56,375 nt of DNA from a virus. Its lineage: Duplodnaviria; Caudoviricetes. How positions within the stretch are numbered: the stretch's first letter is position 1; each line of letters opens with the position of its first letter. The position numbers and the translations under genes are program-made. The notes beneath the pieces were generated by a model, which searched no databases, had not been told where the DNA came from, and worked only from the letters and a program-made list of their open reading frames with translations. Positions 29,915 to 38,941 of the stretch are shown here, piece by piece. The stretch lies in IMG/VR virus record IMGVR_UViG_3300045922_001059, positions 1-56,375 of that record. One strand, written 5' to 3'.

Positions 29915-30319
29915 TCATCTCCCCGCCCGCGGGGCGAAGAGGTCTCCCAGGACCCGCTGCCCCAGGGTGGTCAGGCGGGCGCGGTGGTGGTCGGTCACGC
30001 GGGTCAGGTATTTCGGCCCCCGCCCGCCTTCCGGGGTGCCCTCGGAGACGCGCCCGTCGGGGTCTTCGTGCACCGCCCAGGCGTACGGCGCCGTCGGCCC
30101 GCCCACGACCAGCGTCCCGCTCACCTGCGTCGCGTCCGGGGCCGGGGCCCGGTCGATCTCGACGCGGACCGAGTCGCGCAGTGTCCCGGTCCGCACCGGC
30201 ACGTTTTCGCGTACCCGCTCCGCGAGAAACTCGAGTTCTTGCTTGAGTGTGCGGGCCGCGCGGGGCGGCAGACCCTGTGCGGCGGCCTCCAGCCGCGCGA
30301 CCCACGCGTCAACCGTCAT
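29915..30319 (-). CDS. HK97 gp10-like neck/tail-completion protein
   Basis: VPVRTGTLRDS...APYAWAVHE...PKYL motif. Confidence 0.8.
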   Translation of the reverse strand: MTVDAWVARLEAAAQGLPPRAARTLKQELEFLAERVRENVPVRTGTLRDSVRVEIDRAPAPDATQVSGTLVVGGPTAPYAWAVHEDPDGRVSEGTPEGGRGPKYLTRVTDHHRARLTTLGQRVLGDLFAPRAGR

Positions 30320-30657
30320 GGCCGACCAGGCGTGCGCCCGCTAGGCCAGCGCGCGAAGCCCGCGGCCAATCGCTCCGGCCCCGCGGAGCCCGGTGAAGAA
30401 CCGGCCGGCACTGTGAGACGCGCCACGGCACGCCGGAACGGGCCGGTCCGTTTCAACAGCCACCGGATCGCCCGCGCCCGGCGCGTGACGCGCGCCATTC
30501 CCCTCTCCCCGGTCTGCCGGGCCAGGAAGGCGCGCCCGCGTGCCGTGCCGAGCAGGGCCGCGCCCCCTGCCCCACCCAGCCCCAGGACGATCAGTGCCCG
30601 CCGCACCCGCCCGCGCCGGCGGGTGATATACTTGCCGCTGTTGTAGCTTCGATACAT
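30316..30657 (-). CDS. Arg-rich protein with Gly-rich hydrophobic segment
   Basis: GGAGG RBS before ATG 30657; ALIVLGLGGAGGAALLG; stop overlaps next start. Confidence 0.55.
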   Translation of the reverse strand: MYRSYNSGKYITRRRGRVRRALIVLGLGGAGGAALLGTARGRAFLARQTGERGMARVTRRARAIRWLLKRTGPFRRAVARLTVPAGSSPGSAGPERLAAGFARWPSGRTPGRP

Positions 30658-30669
30658 CTTCACCTCCGT

Positions 30670-30966
30670 CTAAATCATTTCTAGCATGAGGCGCTGCCCG
30701 AACCGCGTCCGGAACAGCCGCTCGAGCCCCCTGCGCCCCAGGCGCGTGGTCTTCGCCTTCCCCATCCAGTCGGCCAGGGTCGAGCGCGTCGCGTCCCACA
30801 GGCGGGCGCGGAGGGGGAGCCGGGGCACGCGGGCACGCCGGGCGCGGGCGCGGAGGACGGCCGCGGTGGCCGCCCCCCCACCCAGGCCCCCCGGTAGCAC
30901 TGCCGCCACACGGCGGCGGTCCCGCCGCGCCCGGACCGGCCTCCCCGTCACCCGTCGCGCTGTCAT
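30670..30966 (-). CDS. Arg-rich protein with Gly-rich hydrophobic segment
   Basis: Start at ATG 30966 overlapping upstream TGA; VAAVLPGGLGGGAATAAVL. Confidence 0.5.
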   Translation of the reverse strand: MTARRVTGRPVRARRDRRRVAAVLPGGLGGGAATAAVLRARARRARVPRLPLRARLWDATRSTLADWMGKAKTTRLGRRGLERLFRTRFGQRLMLEMI

Positions 30967-31418
30967 CAGTAGTAGCCCCCTTCCTGCGGCCGGCGGGTCG
31001 CGTAATAGAGCCCGCCCGCGCCCGCGAGCGCCCCTGTGCCGACCAGCAGGCGGGACGGCGTCACGATCCGCCAGAGCCGGGATGAGCGGCGACTCCCGCG
31101 GGCGCGGGCGGTGCGCCCGCGGGCGATGTCCAGGCTGTATATCGGCAGCCTGCCCCGTTTCGAGACGGGCAGCAGGGGCCGGCCCAGCCGGCGGCGGCTG
31201 CGCTGGATGCGCTTGAGGGCGCTCAGGCCCCACGGCGACCGGATCCGCCCGGTCTGTTTCAGTTCCCGGAGCAGCCCGAAGGCCGCCCGCTCGGTGCGGG
31301 CCACCCGCCGGCCGGCCCGCCACAGCCTGAAGCCGGTGAGCGGCCGGGCCCGCCGCACCCGAGTGAAGGCGGGCGCCACCCGCCCCGCAATCCGTCGTAT
31401 CGCCGCTGCTAGCGCCAT
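30966..31418 (-). CDS. Arg-rich protein with C-terminal hydrophobic segment
   Basis: 150 aa; LLVGTGALAGAGGLYYA. Confidence 0.55.
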   Translation of the reverse strand: MALAAAIRRIAGRVAPAFTRVRRARPLTGFRLWRAGRRVARTERAAFGLLRELKQTGRIRSPWGLSALKRIQRSRRRLGRPLLPVSKRGRLPIYSLDIARGRTARARGSRRSSRLWRIVTPSRLLVGTGALAGAGGLYYATRRPQEGGYY

Positions 31419-31428
31419 ACCGTGTCCC

Positions 31429-31809
31429 TCACTGCACCACGCAGAAGGCCGTCCGCAGGAGCTGCCCGTAGCGTGGCGTGTTACTGTCGTCGATGTGCAC
31501 GATGACGGCCCCCGCCAGGAGCACCGTCCCGTCCAGGTCGCGCCCCTGCTCGAGCCGGTCTCCGAGGCCGAGCGGCTCGCGGCCGGGGAAAAACACCTGC
31601 CAGCTGACCTGCACCTCTGTGCCCTGCGGCGTCACGATCCGCCGCGGCGCCCCGTCGATAAAGCACGGGACGTTCTCCCGCGGCGCCCCGTAGGCCATCT
31701 GGCCAAACTCGTTCTGGCCCGTCGCGGGGAGGACGGTCACCCGGTGGGTGAGCGTCTCCCGCACCATCCGCTGCCACTGGGCGTCGACCGGGTGGCGTGA
31801 GAGCGGCAT
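31429..31809 (-). CDS. Head closure (stopper) protein
   Basis: NEFGQ..YG...PCFI...G.EV pattern; synteny after adaptor. Confidence 0.7.
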   Translation of the reverse strand: MPLSRHPVDAQWQRMVRETLTHRVTVLPATGQNEFGQMAYGAPRENVPCFIDGAPRRIVTPQGTEVQVSWQVFFPGREPLGLGDRLEQGRDLDGTVLLAGAVIVHIDDSNTPRYGQLLRTAFCVVQ

Positions 31810-31817
31810 CCGGCCCC

Positions 31818-32393
31818 CTACGACAGCTGCGAGAGCCCGCCCGCGTCCCCGCGGACGATGCGGGTCGCCCCCTTGTAGTACCGCAGCAGGTCCCAGGCCT
31901 CCGGGCAGAGGACCTGGTCGGGCTCGCCGTACCCGAACGACTCGCTAAATTTCACGCCCCGCCCGACCGAGCGGATGCCGCGGAACTGGTCTTCCCGGTG
32001 CGCGTGGCGGCCCGCCTGGCGCAGGAGGAAGAGGGCCTGCTCGCAGCACGCCTGCTCCACCCGCAGCCGCTGGCGGCGCAGGTACTCATCCTGCTCCGCG
32101 AACGAGAAAAACGTCGCGTCCGGCACGGCGCGCGTCACCACATTGTAGGAGAACTGGAACCCTGGGGGGACCCGGGGGAACTCGCGCAGCTGGTTGTAAA
32201 AGAAGCGCTGGCCGTGCCAGCGCCGGGCGTCGATGTTGAGGGCGGCGCGCGTAAGCGCCGCCTCCCGCTGCGCCGTCGTCGCCTGGTCCCACTCGTCGAA
32301 GAAGACGTGCGCGGCGCGGATGTACGAGTCGGCCCGGACCTCGGTGATGTACGTCACCGCGTCGCGGCCGCCCCAGGTGTCATCCAGCGCCAT
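31818..32393 (-). CDS. Head-tail adaptor (DnaT-like family)
   Basis: TYITEVRADSY...W...REAALTRAALNID...Q.REFPR...ACCEQAL. Confidence 0.75.
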   Translation of the reverse strand: MALDDTWGGRDAVTYITEVRADSYIRAAHVFFDEWDQATTAQREAALTRAALNIDARRWHGQRFFYNQLREFPRVPPGFQFSYNVVTRAVPDATFFSFAEQDEYLRRQRLRVEQACCEQALFLLRQAGRHAHREDQFRGIRSVGRGVKFSESFGYGEPDQVLCPEAWDLLRYYKGATRIVRGDAGGLSQLS

Positions 32394-32601
32394 GGCCCGC
32401 CCGGCACGCGTCGATCAGCGCGATCGCCTGGTCGATCTCTTCCTTCCACCGCCGCAAGGCGTAGGGCTGCACAAGGCAGCCGCTCTGCCCGATGTCTACC
32501 GCCACCGCGTAGAGGAGGGCGCGCGCCGCGCCGAGCTGGGCGTCGCCCGCCTCCCTGTCCGGACGGCCTTCCTCGCGCGGGGCCGCCGCGACCTTCGCCA
32601 T
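32380..32601 (-). CDS. Hypothetical protein
   Basis: 73 aa ORF filling the gap after the capsid gene. Confidence 0.4.
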   Translation of the reverse strand: MAKVAAAPREEGRPDREAGDAQLGAARALLYAVAVDIGQSGCLVQPYALRRWKEEIDQAIALIDACRAGHGAG

Positions 32602-32624
32602 GCCATGCCCTTTCCGGCCCTACG

Positions 32625-33857
32625 TTACGGCGCCTGGAGCAGCCGCTGCCCGGACGCCGGCGCCAGGCTCGCGAAGCTCACCTGCGCCATCCCGGCCTCG
32701 TTCTTGTGGACGAGGGTGTACTCGCCCACGACCATCCCCTTCTCGGCGTCGCCCGTCTTGGCCACCGGCTCGTAGTGGAAGCTGCGCCCCGCGACCGGCG
32801 GCACCGCCAGGCGCCCCGTGGCCAGGATGAGCGCCGCGTGCGGCGGCATCCAGCGGCTCAGCAGCACCCGGTAGAGCCCGTACGTGTTCTCATAAGAGGT
32901 CAGGTTGTTACTGAAGATGGTCTCCTGGTTGGCGACGCGGATCCGCTGGTTGTTCAGCTGGTCAAAGCGCCGCTTCACCTCGACCCCGCAGATGATCAGG
33001 TTGAGATCCGTCCCGCCCTGCACCCACGCCGCCCGCACGGCCTCGTCGATCCGCGCCTCGAAGAACTGCAGCGTGGTGGTGCCGAAGTCCGTGCCGATGC
33101 TGGACACGCTGACCACGTTGGTGGCGATGGCCTGCATGAGCCCGCGCATGGTCCGCACGTTGGCCGGCGAGCCGATCGAGTTGCCGGACAGCCGGCTGAG
33201 GATGACCGCCTTCTCCAGGTCCCGCAGCGCCTCCGCCAGCCGGCGCTGGATCTGGTGGTCCATCTCGTTCTCTATGCCGCCGTGCTGGTTGACCGCCAGC
33301 ATGGTGCCGGAGACGATGACGTCCTTCTTGAAGATGTGCGTGAAGTTGCCGATGCGCGGCCGGGGCCGCGAGATGTCCGTCACCACGTCGGCGCCGTCCA
33401 CCGCCGCGTCGCTGACCACGGTGATGAACTCGCCCGCGCCGAAACTGTTGGCGCTCGTCCCGGCGAAGGCGCGGATCACCACGATGGTCGGGTCATCCAC
33501 CGACTTGATCTGCATGTACTCGCCGCCGGCCGCCTCGGGCGCGCGCAGGAGCTGCCCCCGCTGCAGGAACGCGGCCAGGCCGCCCTTGATGACCAGGGCG
33601 GTGTCCGCGGTGGTCGAGGCCACCGCGACGGAGTTGATGATCGCGTTGGGGGCGAGCTCTTCCTCCTGCCACTCGTGAAACACGTTGCGGGCAGGGAACA
33701 GCGCGTCCCCGATAATGTTGAGGAGCGGGGTCTCGCGCGGGGAGATCAGCGAGACCAGGTCATGGACGTCCTCCTTAATCCCGGAGAAGACCCCGGGGTC
33801 ATGGACGGCACGTCCGGTAAAGAGCCCCCCACCTAATTGGGTGTTTTCCAGTGGCAT
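32625..33857 (-). CDS. Major capsid protein (SU10/DUF5309-like, HK97 fold)
   Basis: EDVHDLVSLISPRETP, HEWQEEEL, NFTHIFKK, RDLEKA, RTMRGL, KTGDAEKGMVVGEYTL. Confidence 0.85.
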   Translation of the reverse strand: MPLENTQLGGGLFTGRAVHDPGVFSGIKEDVHDLVSLISPRETPLLNIIGDALFPARNVFHEWQEEELAPNAIINSVAVASTTADTALVIKGGLAAFLQRGQLLRAPEAAGGEYMQIKSVDDPTIVVIRAFAGTSANSFGAGEFITVVSDAAVDGADVVTDISRPRPRIGNFTHIFKKDVIVSGTMLAVNQHGGIENEMDHQIQRRLAEALRDLEKAVILSRLSGNSIGSPANVRTMRGLMQAIATNVVSVSSIGTDFGTTTLQFFEARIDEAVRAAWVQGGTDLNLIICGVEVKRRFDQLNNQRIRVANQETIFSNNLTSYENTYGLYRVLLSRWMPPHAALILATGRLAVPPVAGRSFHYEPVAKTGDAEKGMVVGEYTLVHKNEAGMAQVSFASLAPASGQRLLQAP

Positions 33858-33898
33858 CCCACATCATTCCGCCTCTCGCGCCCGTCACGGCAGGAGGT

Positions 33899-34807
33899 CT
33901 ATGCTGCCTTAGTCTGCTTCTCGAGTTCTTGGACGCGGCGCTTGGCCCGCATGTACGCGGCCGTCGCCGCCTGGTCGTAGGGCCGCGCGCGGGCGTCCTC
34001 GTAGGCCTTCTCCATCGCCTCGCGGGCGACCTTGAGGGCCTCCTGGGGCGTCTCCTCACGACCCCCCGCCGCGCCGGACCCGCCCCCCGCGGCCGCCGGC
34101 CGGCGGAGCCAGTCCGGGCAGAGTTCGACCACCTTGGGGTTGAGCCGCGTGCCGACCCGAATGTCGATCAGTTTGCCGTCCGGGAGCCGGAGCCGGTGCT
34201 GCTGCAGCTTCTCGTCCCAGACGAGGTCTTCCTGGAAGTAGCGCCGCACCCCCTCGGCGTCGATCGCGTCGAGGTCGGCGGCCAGCGCCGCCAGGAGCGA
34301 CCGCTTGTCCGCCTCCCGCCGCGCCTCGGCGTTGGCGCGACTCTCCTCCTCGGCCCGCTTGCGCAGCTGCTGCTCCTCCTCGCGCGCCTTCTTCAGCTGG
34401 TCGAGCTCCTGCAGGAGCACCTGCTGGGTCTGCCGGGCCTTGAAATCCCGCTCGACCAGCGACTGCCACAGCCGCCGGTCGCTCTCCGTGCGCACCCAGG
34501 CCGGGGGCTGCATCTCTTTGCGCAGCTCGTCCAGGGAGTTCGCCGGGGGCGGCGGCTCGTCATCGGCGGTCAGCTGTTGGAGGAACTCTTCGTAGCCGGA
34601 GAGCTTTTTCTTGGACTCGGCGAGCTCTGTGCGAACCGTCTCGAGCTCTTTCGTCCAGGTGTCTTGCGCCTGGGTGAGCAGGTCCTTCGCGATCCCCCGC
34701 GCGATCTCCTGCGCGAGCGCGCGCACCTGCTCTTCAGACGGAGCCGGCGAGGGGGTTGGCGTCGGGGGCGGGGAGGACTGGGAAGGCCCCGCGGGTGCTT
34801 GTGCCAT
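33899..34807 (-). CDS. Capsid scaffolding protein
   Basis: Pro-rich start, coiled coil, GGGSG linker; between portal and capsid. Confidence 0.7.
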   Translation of the reverse strand: MAQAPAGPSQSSPPPTPTPSPAPSEEQVRALAQEIARGIAKDLLTQAQDTWTKELETVRTELAESKKKLSGYEEFLQQLTADDEPPPPANSLDELRKEMQPPAWVRTESDRRLWQSLVERDFKARQTQQVLLQELDQLKKAREEEQQLRKRAEEESRANAEARREADKRSLLAALAADLDAIDAEGVRRYFQEDLVWDEKLQQHRLRLPDGKLIDIRVGTRLNPKVVELCPDWLRRPAAAGGGSGAAGGREETPQEALKVAREAMEKAYEDARARPYDQAATAAYMRAKRRVQELEKQTKAA

Positions 34808-34880
34808 CAGTCGTCATCGCCGTCTCTCGCGGAGATCTGGTCCTGCCGCCGTTGTAGCATAGCCGCAGCCCGCCTCACAA

Positions 34881-36596
34881 CTAGGCCGCGTCCGTGTCGG
34901 GGGTGACCGCCTGCTCAGCGGGTTCCTCCTGGGGGGCCGCCGCGGTCTCGTCCTGCTGGGGCGGGGCCGTCTGTTGCTGCACCATGGCGCCGTAGGCCCC
35001 GATTGGCCCCGGCGCGCCGGGCTGGCGTACGTCCTGGGTCAGGGGGTCGAAGAAGATCGGGCCGCTGAAGGTCTTGATGATTTCGGGGATGAAGTCGATC
35101 TCCTGGTCGACCCGCTCGAGCACTTCCTTCTCGGTGTTCCGCAGGATGCGCTTGGCCGCGCGCTTCTCGAGGGTGCGGCGGAAGGTCGGCGAGCGGATCG
35201 CGTCCCCCCCGGTCGTGATCATCTGCAGCTCCTCGAGGAAACTCTGCACCGAAAAGTCGTCGGGGTAATCGATGGCCCCGCGCCACTCGCTGCGCAGCCA
35301 CTTATGCCAGAGCCGGTGGGCCGCGCTCTCGGCATTCTCGAGCTCGTCCGCCCGCTCGGCCAGGACCGCGTTGGTCTCGTTAAACTCGAACGCCAGCGCC
35401 ACCCCGCTGGGCGCCGCGCGCGGCTCGAGCCCCAGCCCGCCGCCGAGCTTGGCCAGGCGGTAGATCTCCTCCCGCAACCGCTGGGTCCGGTCCTCCATGA
35501 AGGCGGTCGGCGCCGTCGAGGGGGAGAGGAAGTACGGCGGCCGGTCCCCGCTGTACTCGAGGACGTTGTTGGTCCCGATGATAATCTCTTCCGCGTCCTG
35601 CGGCTGGCGGCCGATCACCAGGATATTGAGGACCTGCTGGTACACCGCCTCGTCGATCATGGAGTCCATGTTGAGGATCCCCACGTTGAGCTTGGCGATG
35701 TCGGCGATGAGGGACTGGCCGAGGAAGGGGTAGCGCGCCGACCGCCGGTTATACACCGGCACAACCGGCACCTCCCCCAGCCCGTGGACCCCCTGGTCGA
35801 CCAGGAGCACAGTATCCCCGCGCACCTCGTGGATGGCCCACTCGGTCCGGGTCCACGTGCGGTAGCGCGCCCGGTGGGGGCGGCGGCCCAGGCGCCGGTG
35901 GCTGGCGGGGTACGCCAGCAGCGGGTCCTCGTCGATCGCGTACCGGGTGTCGCGGTCTTTCACCAGGTAGGGGTCGGCCGCGTCCGGCAGCGGCTCGCGG
36001 AAGCGGATCCACAGCAGCCGCTCGTCCTCGTCGAGCGCCCAGTTTGGCACCTCCGTCGGGAAGTACGTGACGAAGTAGGGCCGCAGCCCGCGCTGCTTGC
36101 GCTCCGCCTCGTGGCGCGGGGGCTGGCGGACCGTCGGCATGTCCACGGCGATGAAGACGTGACCGAAGATGAGCGCGTAGCGGGCGACCTGGACCATGTA
36201 GCGGTCGATCGTGTTCTGTCGCCGGTCGACGTTCTTCTGAAACTCGACCCACTCCCCCTCGATGCCGCCCGTCGGCACAGCGGCCGGCGCCCCCGGCACC
36301 GGGGTGCGGCTGATGTGCTTGGAGAAGATGTAGTGCAGGTAGAGGTCGATGACGGGCGCGCAGAAATTCCGGTACACGATGCGCTTGGCCCGCATCGCGT
36401 GCGACTCCGCCGACTCCCGGGCGTGGCGGTGAATGTACCGCTCCAGGTTCTCCCCCTCGTAGAGGTCGAGATACATGACCCAGGCGCTGAGGAACTTGTC
36501 GTACAGCGGGTGCGTGCGCGTCAGGGCACGGGCGGAGAGGGCACGCGTGCCCTGGGCGGTCGGGAATGTCTGGTCAGGGACGCTATGCAGGGCCAC
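34881..36596 (-). CDS. Portal protein
   Basis: HPLY...LYEG...RES...R...YRNF; FGHVFIAVD; HGLGEVPVV; SGVALAFEF; YPDDF. Confidence 0.85.
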   Translation of the reverse strand: MALHSVPDQTFPTAQGTRALSARALTRTHPLYDKFLSAWVMYLDLYEGENLERYIHRHARESAESHAMRAKRIVYRNFCAPVIDLYLHYIFSKHISRTPVPGAPAAVPTGGIEGEWVEFQKNVDRRQNTIDRYMVQVARYALIFGHVFIAVDMPTVRQPPRHEAERKQRGLRPYFVTYFPTEVPNWALDEDERLLWIRFREPLPDAADPYLVKDRDTRYAIDEDPLLAYPASHRRLGRRPHRARYRTWTRTEWAIHEVRGDTVLLVDQGVHGLGEVPVVPVYNRRSARYPFLGQSLIADIAKLNVGILNMDSMIDEAVYQQVLNILVIGRQPQDAEEIIIGTNNVLEYSGDRPPYFLSPSTAPTAFMEDRTQRLREEIYRLAKLGGGLGLEPRAAPSGVALAFEFNETNAVLAERADELENAESAAHRLWHKWLRSEWRGAIDYPDDFSVQSFLEELQMITTGGDAIRSPTFRRTLEKRAAKRILRNTEKEVLERVDQEIDFIPEIIKTFSGPIFFDPLTQDVRQPGAPGPIGAYGAMVQQQTAPPQQDETAAAPQEEPAEQAVTPDTDAA

Positions 36597-36635
36597 CCGG
36601 GTTCACAGTGACCCTCGGCCGGGTTCGTCCTGTCT

Positions 36636-36917
36636 TCAAAAGAGCCTCCGCCGCCGTCGCGCCAGGCCCCCGCGCGGCGCGTACCCCTGGCGGTAAATCG
36701 TCTCGAGGTCCCGGAGCTGGGCCCGGCGGTAATAGAGGACGCTGCGCTGCTGGGCGCGGGAGAGCTTGGCGAACTGCAATCGATTGCTGCGCAGGACCTG
36801 CTGCTTGCGCTCGCGGCGGCGCAGGTACCACCGGACCAGCGGCGCCTTGACGGCAAGGACGCCGCCGAGCGCCGCCGCAGCCCCGAGCCCCTGCAGGGTC
36901 TTCTTCACGCCGGCCAC
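36636..36917 (-). CDS. Arg-rich protein with N-terminal hydrophobic segment
   Basis: 93 aa; GGAGG RBS; GLGAAAALGGVLAV followed by basic tract. Confidence 0.55.
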   Translation of the reverse strand: MAGVKKTLQGLGAAAALGGVLAVKAPLVRWYLRRRERKQQVLRSNRLQFAKLSRAQQRSVLYYRRAQLRDLETIYRQGYAPRGGLARRRRRLF

Positions 36918-36951
36918 GGCGCCCTCCGTTCGCGGCGGCTTCGGGGGTCCA

Positions 36952-38523
36952 TCAAAACACCCCCCGAAGCCGCCGCATCTTGTACCGCCCCGTCCCGACG
37001 GTCTCCCACGAAAAGGTCGTGTAGCGGAGCACGTCCGCCGCGTGGTCGTCCTTCTTCACGATGACATCCTTCATCGGCTGGCCGTCCTTGCCGATCCGGT
37101 GGACGTAGAGCTGGCCCAGCTCCTTCCGCATCCGCTCGCAGCGGGCAAAGAACCGCAACCCGGGCAACCCGTCCGGGCGGCGCATCAGTAACCGCTTAAC
37201 ATGGTTGACCCCCTCGTACAAGGCGTTGTTCGCCGGGGTGGCGAAGATCAGGTGTTCCTCCAGGTCGCGGATCGCCTGCCGCCCCGCCGGGTCCGCGAAC
37301 ACGCAGGTGCGCGACGACCACCCCAACGGGTCGCGCGCCTTGATGTTCTTGGCGTGCTCGGACAGGGGCAGGTCGTGGTCGGCGGAGTACCAGTACTCCT
37401 CGTACTGGTACCAGATCGTCGTGCGCGGGTCGCGCATGAAGTAGCCGGCGTAGAAGTTGGACCCGAAGTCGATCCCCACCGCGCGGGGCCACTGCTCCGC
37501 CCGCGCCCGCGCCAGCAGCGCCTGCGCCTCCTCCGTCCCGACCACGTAGGGGGGCTCGTCCTTGAAAAACTTCCCGTAGACCAGGGACCCGGCGTGCGGG
37601 CGCCGGTTCTCCCACTGCGTCTCGAAGGTCTCCGCGTCCAGGTTGCTGACCTTCTTGATGAAGTCGTCGATCGTGAAGAACCCCCCGGGCGGCAGGTCGT
37701 GCGCCCGCCCGCCGCACAGCGGCTCCTCGATGCCGTCGCGGTTGATCCGGCTGTAGACCGGGCAGTCCCCGTAGACCGGGTCCCCGCGGCACTGGCGCGT
37801 ACAGGGCTGGAGCACCTCCCAGATGCACCACGCCTTCACCACGACCCCCCGCTGCTCGGCCTCGTCCAGGATCTTCTGCATCGTCCCGGTGAAGAATTTG
37901 CGGGTCGAGGTCAGGCAGTCGCCGGCCTTCCACTTGCCGTCCCGCGAGGAGACGCTCATCTGGAGCCCCTCCTGCAGGACCTGGGGGTGCATCAGCTCGA
38001 TCTCGTCGATGCGGACCTTCGTCGGGTGGGGGCTGTTGAGCCCGTGGTAGGAGCCGGTGACGATGCTGATGCTCGAGCCGTTGAGGAACTCCGTGCGCGA
38101 CATCAGCGAGCGGGTGACCAGGCCCGCGATGAGCGGGCTGCCGAAGACCATCTGCGAGACGTACTCGTACCCCTTCTCCGCCTGCTTCTTGATCGCGCCG
38201 GCGCTCACGATCTCGACGCCGGGCTTAAAGAGCGCCTCCAGCACGTTCAGGATCGCGGTCCCCAGCGTCTTGCCGCCAGAGCGGCTCGCGAACCCCAGGA
38301 CGGTGCGGTGGCGCTCGAAGAACTGGTCGGCGATGAAGCTGAACGGGGAGACGTGGTGCGGGCAGATCGCGTGCTTGGGGATGTCGTACCCCAGGTAGAC
38401 GCGGATAAAGAAGTCGAGCTCCTCGTCCGTCCGCAGGCCGCGCTCGAGCAGGACAAAAAAGACCTGCTCCTTGACGCGGTCCAGGAGCGGGGCGTCCGGA
38501 CTACCGACGGTCGCGAGCGCCAC
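36952..38523 (-). CDS. terL: Terminase large subunit
   Basis: Walker A SRSGGKT, Walker B VRIDE, nuclease GIDFG and DDHAADVLRY; adjacent to portal. Confidence 0.9.
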   Translation of the reverse strand: MALATVGSPDAPLLDRVKEQVFFVLLERGLRTDEELDFFIRVYLGYDIPKHAICPHHVSPFSFIADQFFERHRTVLGFASRSGGKTLGTAILNVLEALFKPGVEIVSAGAIKKQAEKGYEYVSQMVFGSPLIAGLVTRSLMSRTEFLNGSSISIVTGSYHGLNSPHPTKVRIDEIELMHPQVLQEGLQMSVSSRDGKWKAGDCLTSTRKFFTGTMQKILDEAEQRGVVVKAWCIWEVLQPCTRQCRGDPVYGDCPVYSRINRDGIEEPLCGGRAHDLPPGGFFTIDDFIKKVSNLDAETFETQWENRRPHAGSLVYGKFFKDEPPYVVGTEEAQALLARARAEQWPRAVGIDFGSNFYAGYFMRDPRTTIWYQYEEYWYSADHDLPLSEHAKNIKARDPLGWSSRTCVFADPAGRQAIRDLEEHLIFATPANNALYEGVNHVKRLLMRRPDGLPGLRFFARCERMRKELGQLYVHRIGKDGQPMKDVIVKKDDHAADVLRYTTFSWETVGTGRYKMRRLRGVF

Positions 38524-38941
38524 CGGCCGGGGGGGCGGGGCACTCGTGGGTGCCAGGGGGGCAGGTGCCGGGCGGCTGCGTCAGGGCCCGCTCGAGCCCG
38601 GGGAACAGCGCGCACAGCGCCCGGGCCGCGTCTTCGGTGAGGACGAAACAGCGCGCGCGGAGCCGCTCCTGGCCGTCCGCAGCCAGGAGGAGGGAGCGCT
38701 CACACTGGACGAACGGCGCGAGCGCCCGCCCGAGGCCCGCGAGGAGGACTTCACGCGGGTCCTCCTGGACATCCAGGGACACCCGCAGCGGGCGCGGCGC
38801 GCACAGGACCTGCTCCTGGCAGCGCAACCCCCGCCACAAAATGGCCCAGACCTCGGCCAGGGCCGCCTGCGCGGCCGCCGCCTGTTGTTGGTAATGCAGG
38901 GCGAGCTCTGCGGGGGGAATGGCCTGGTCGGTGTCACTCAT
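38501..38941 (-). CDS. Hypothetical protein
   Basis: Start reassigned to ATG 38941 (AAGGAG-like RBS, overlaps upstream stop). Confidence 0.5.
   Translation of the reverse strand: MSDTDQAIPPAELALHYQQQAAAAQAALAEVWAILWRGLRCQEQVLCAPRPLRVSLDVQEDPREVLLAGLGRALAPFVQCERSLLLAADGQERLRARCFVLTEDAARALCALFPGLERALTQPPGTCPPGTHECPAPPAGGARDRR

Noticed and set aside
10825-38523. Contractile injection system or gene transfer agent
   Set aside because: No sheath or baseplate wedge genes recognised; terminase, portal, capsid and a very long tape measure indicate a siphovirus-like phage.
17455-38640. Long plus-strand ORFs (e.g. 20173..22230, 26606..28741, 31797..33836, 34974..36611)
   Set aside because: Antisense shadows of high-GC minus-strand genes, with no recognisable motifs.
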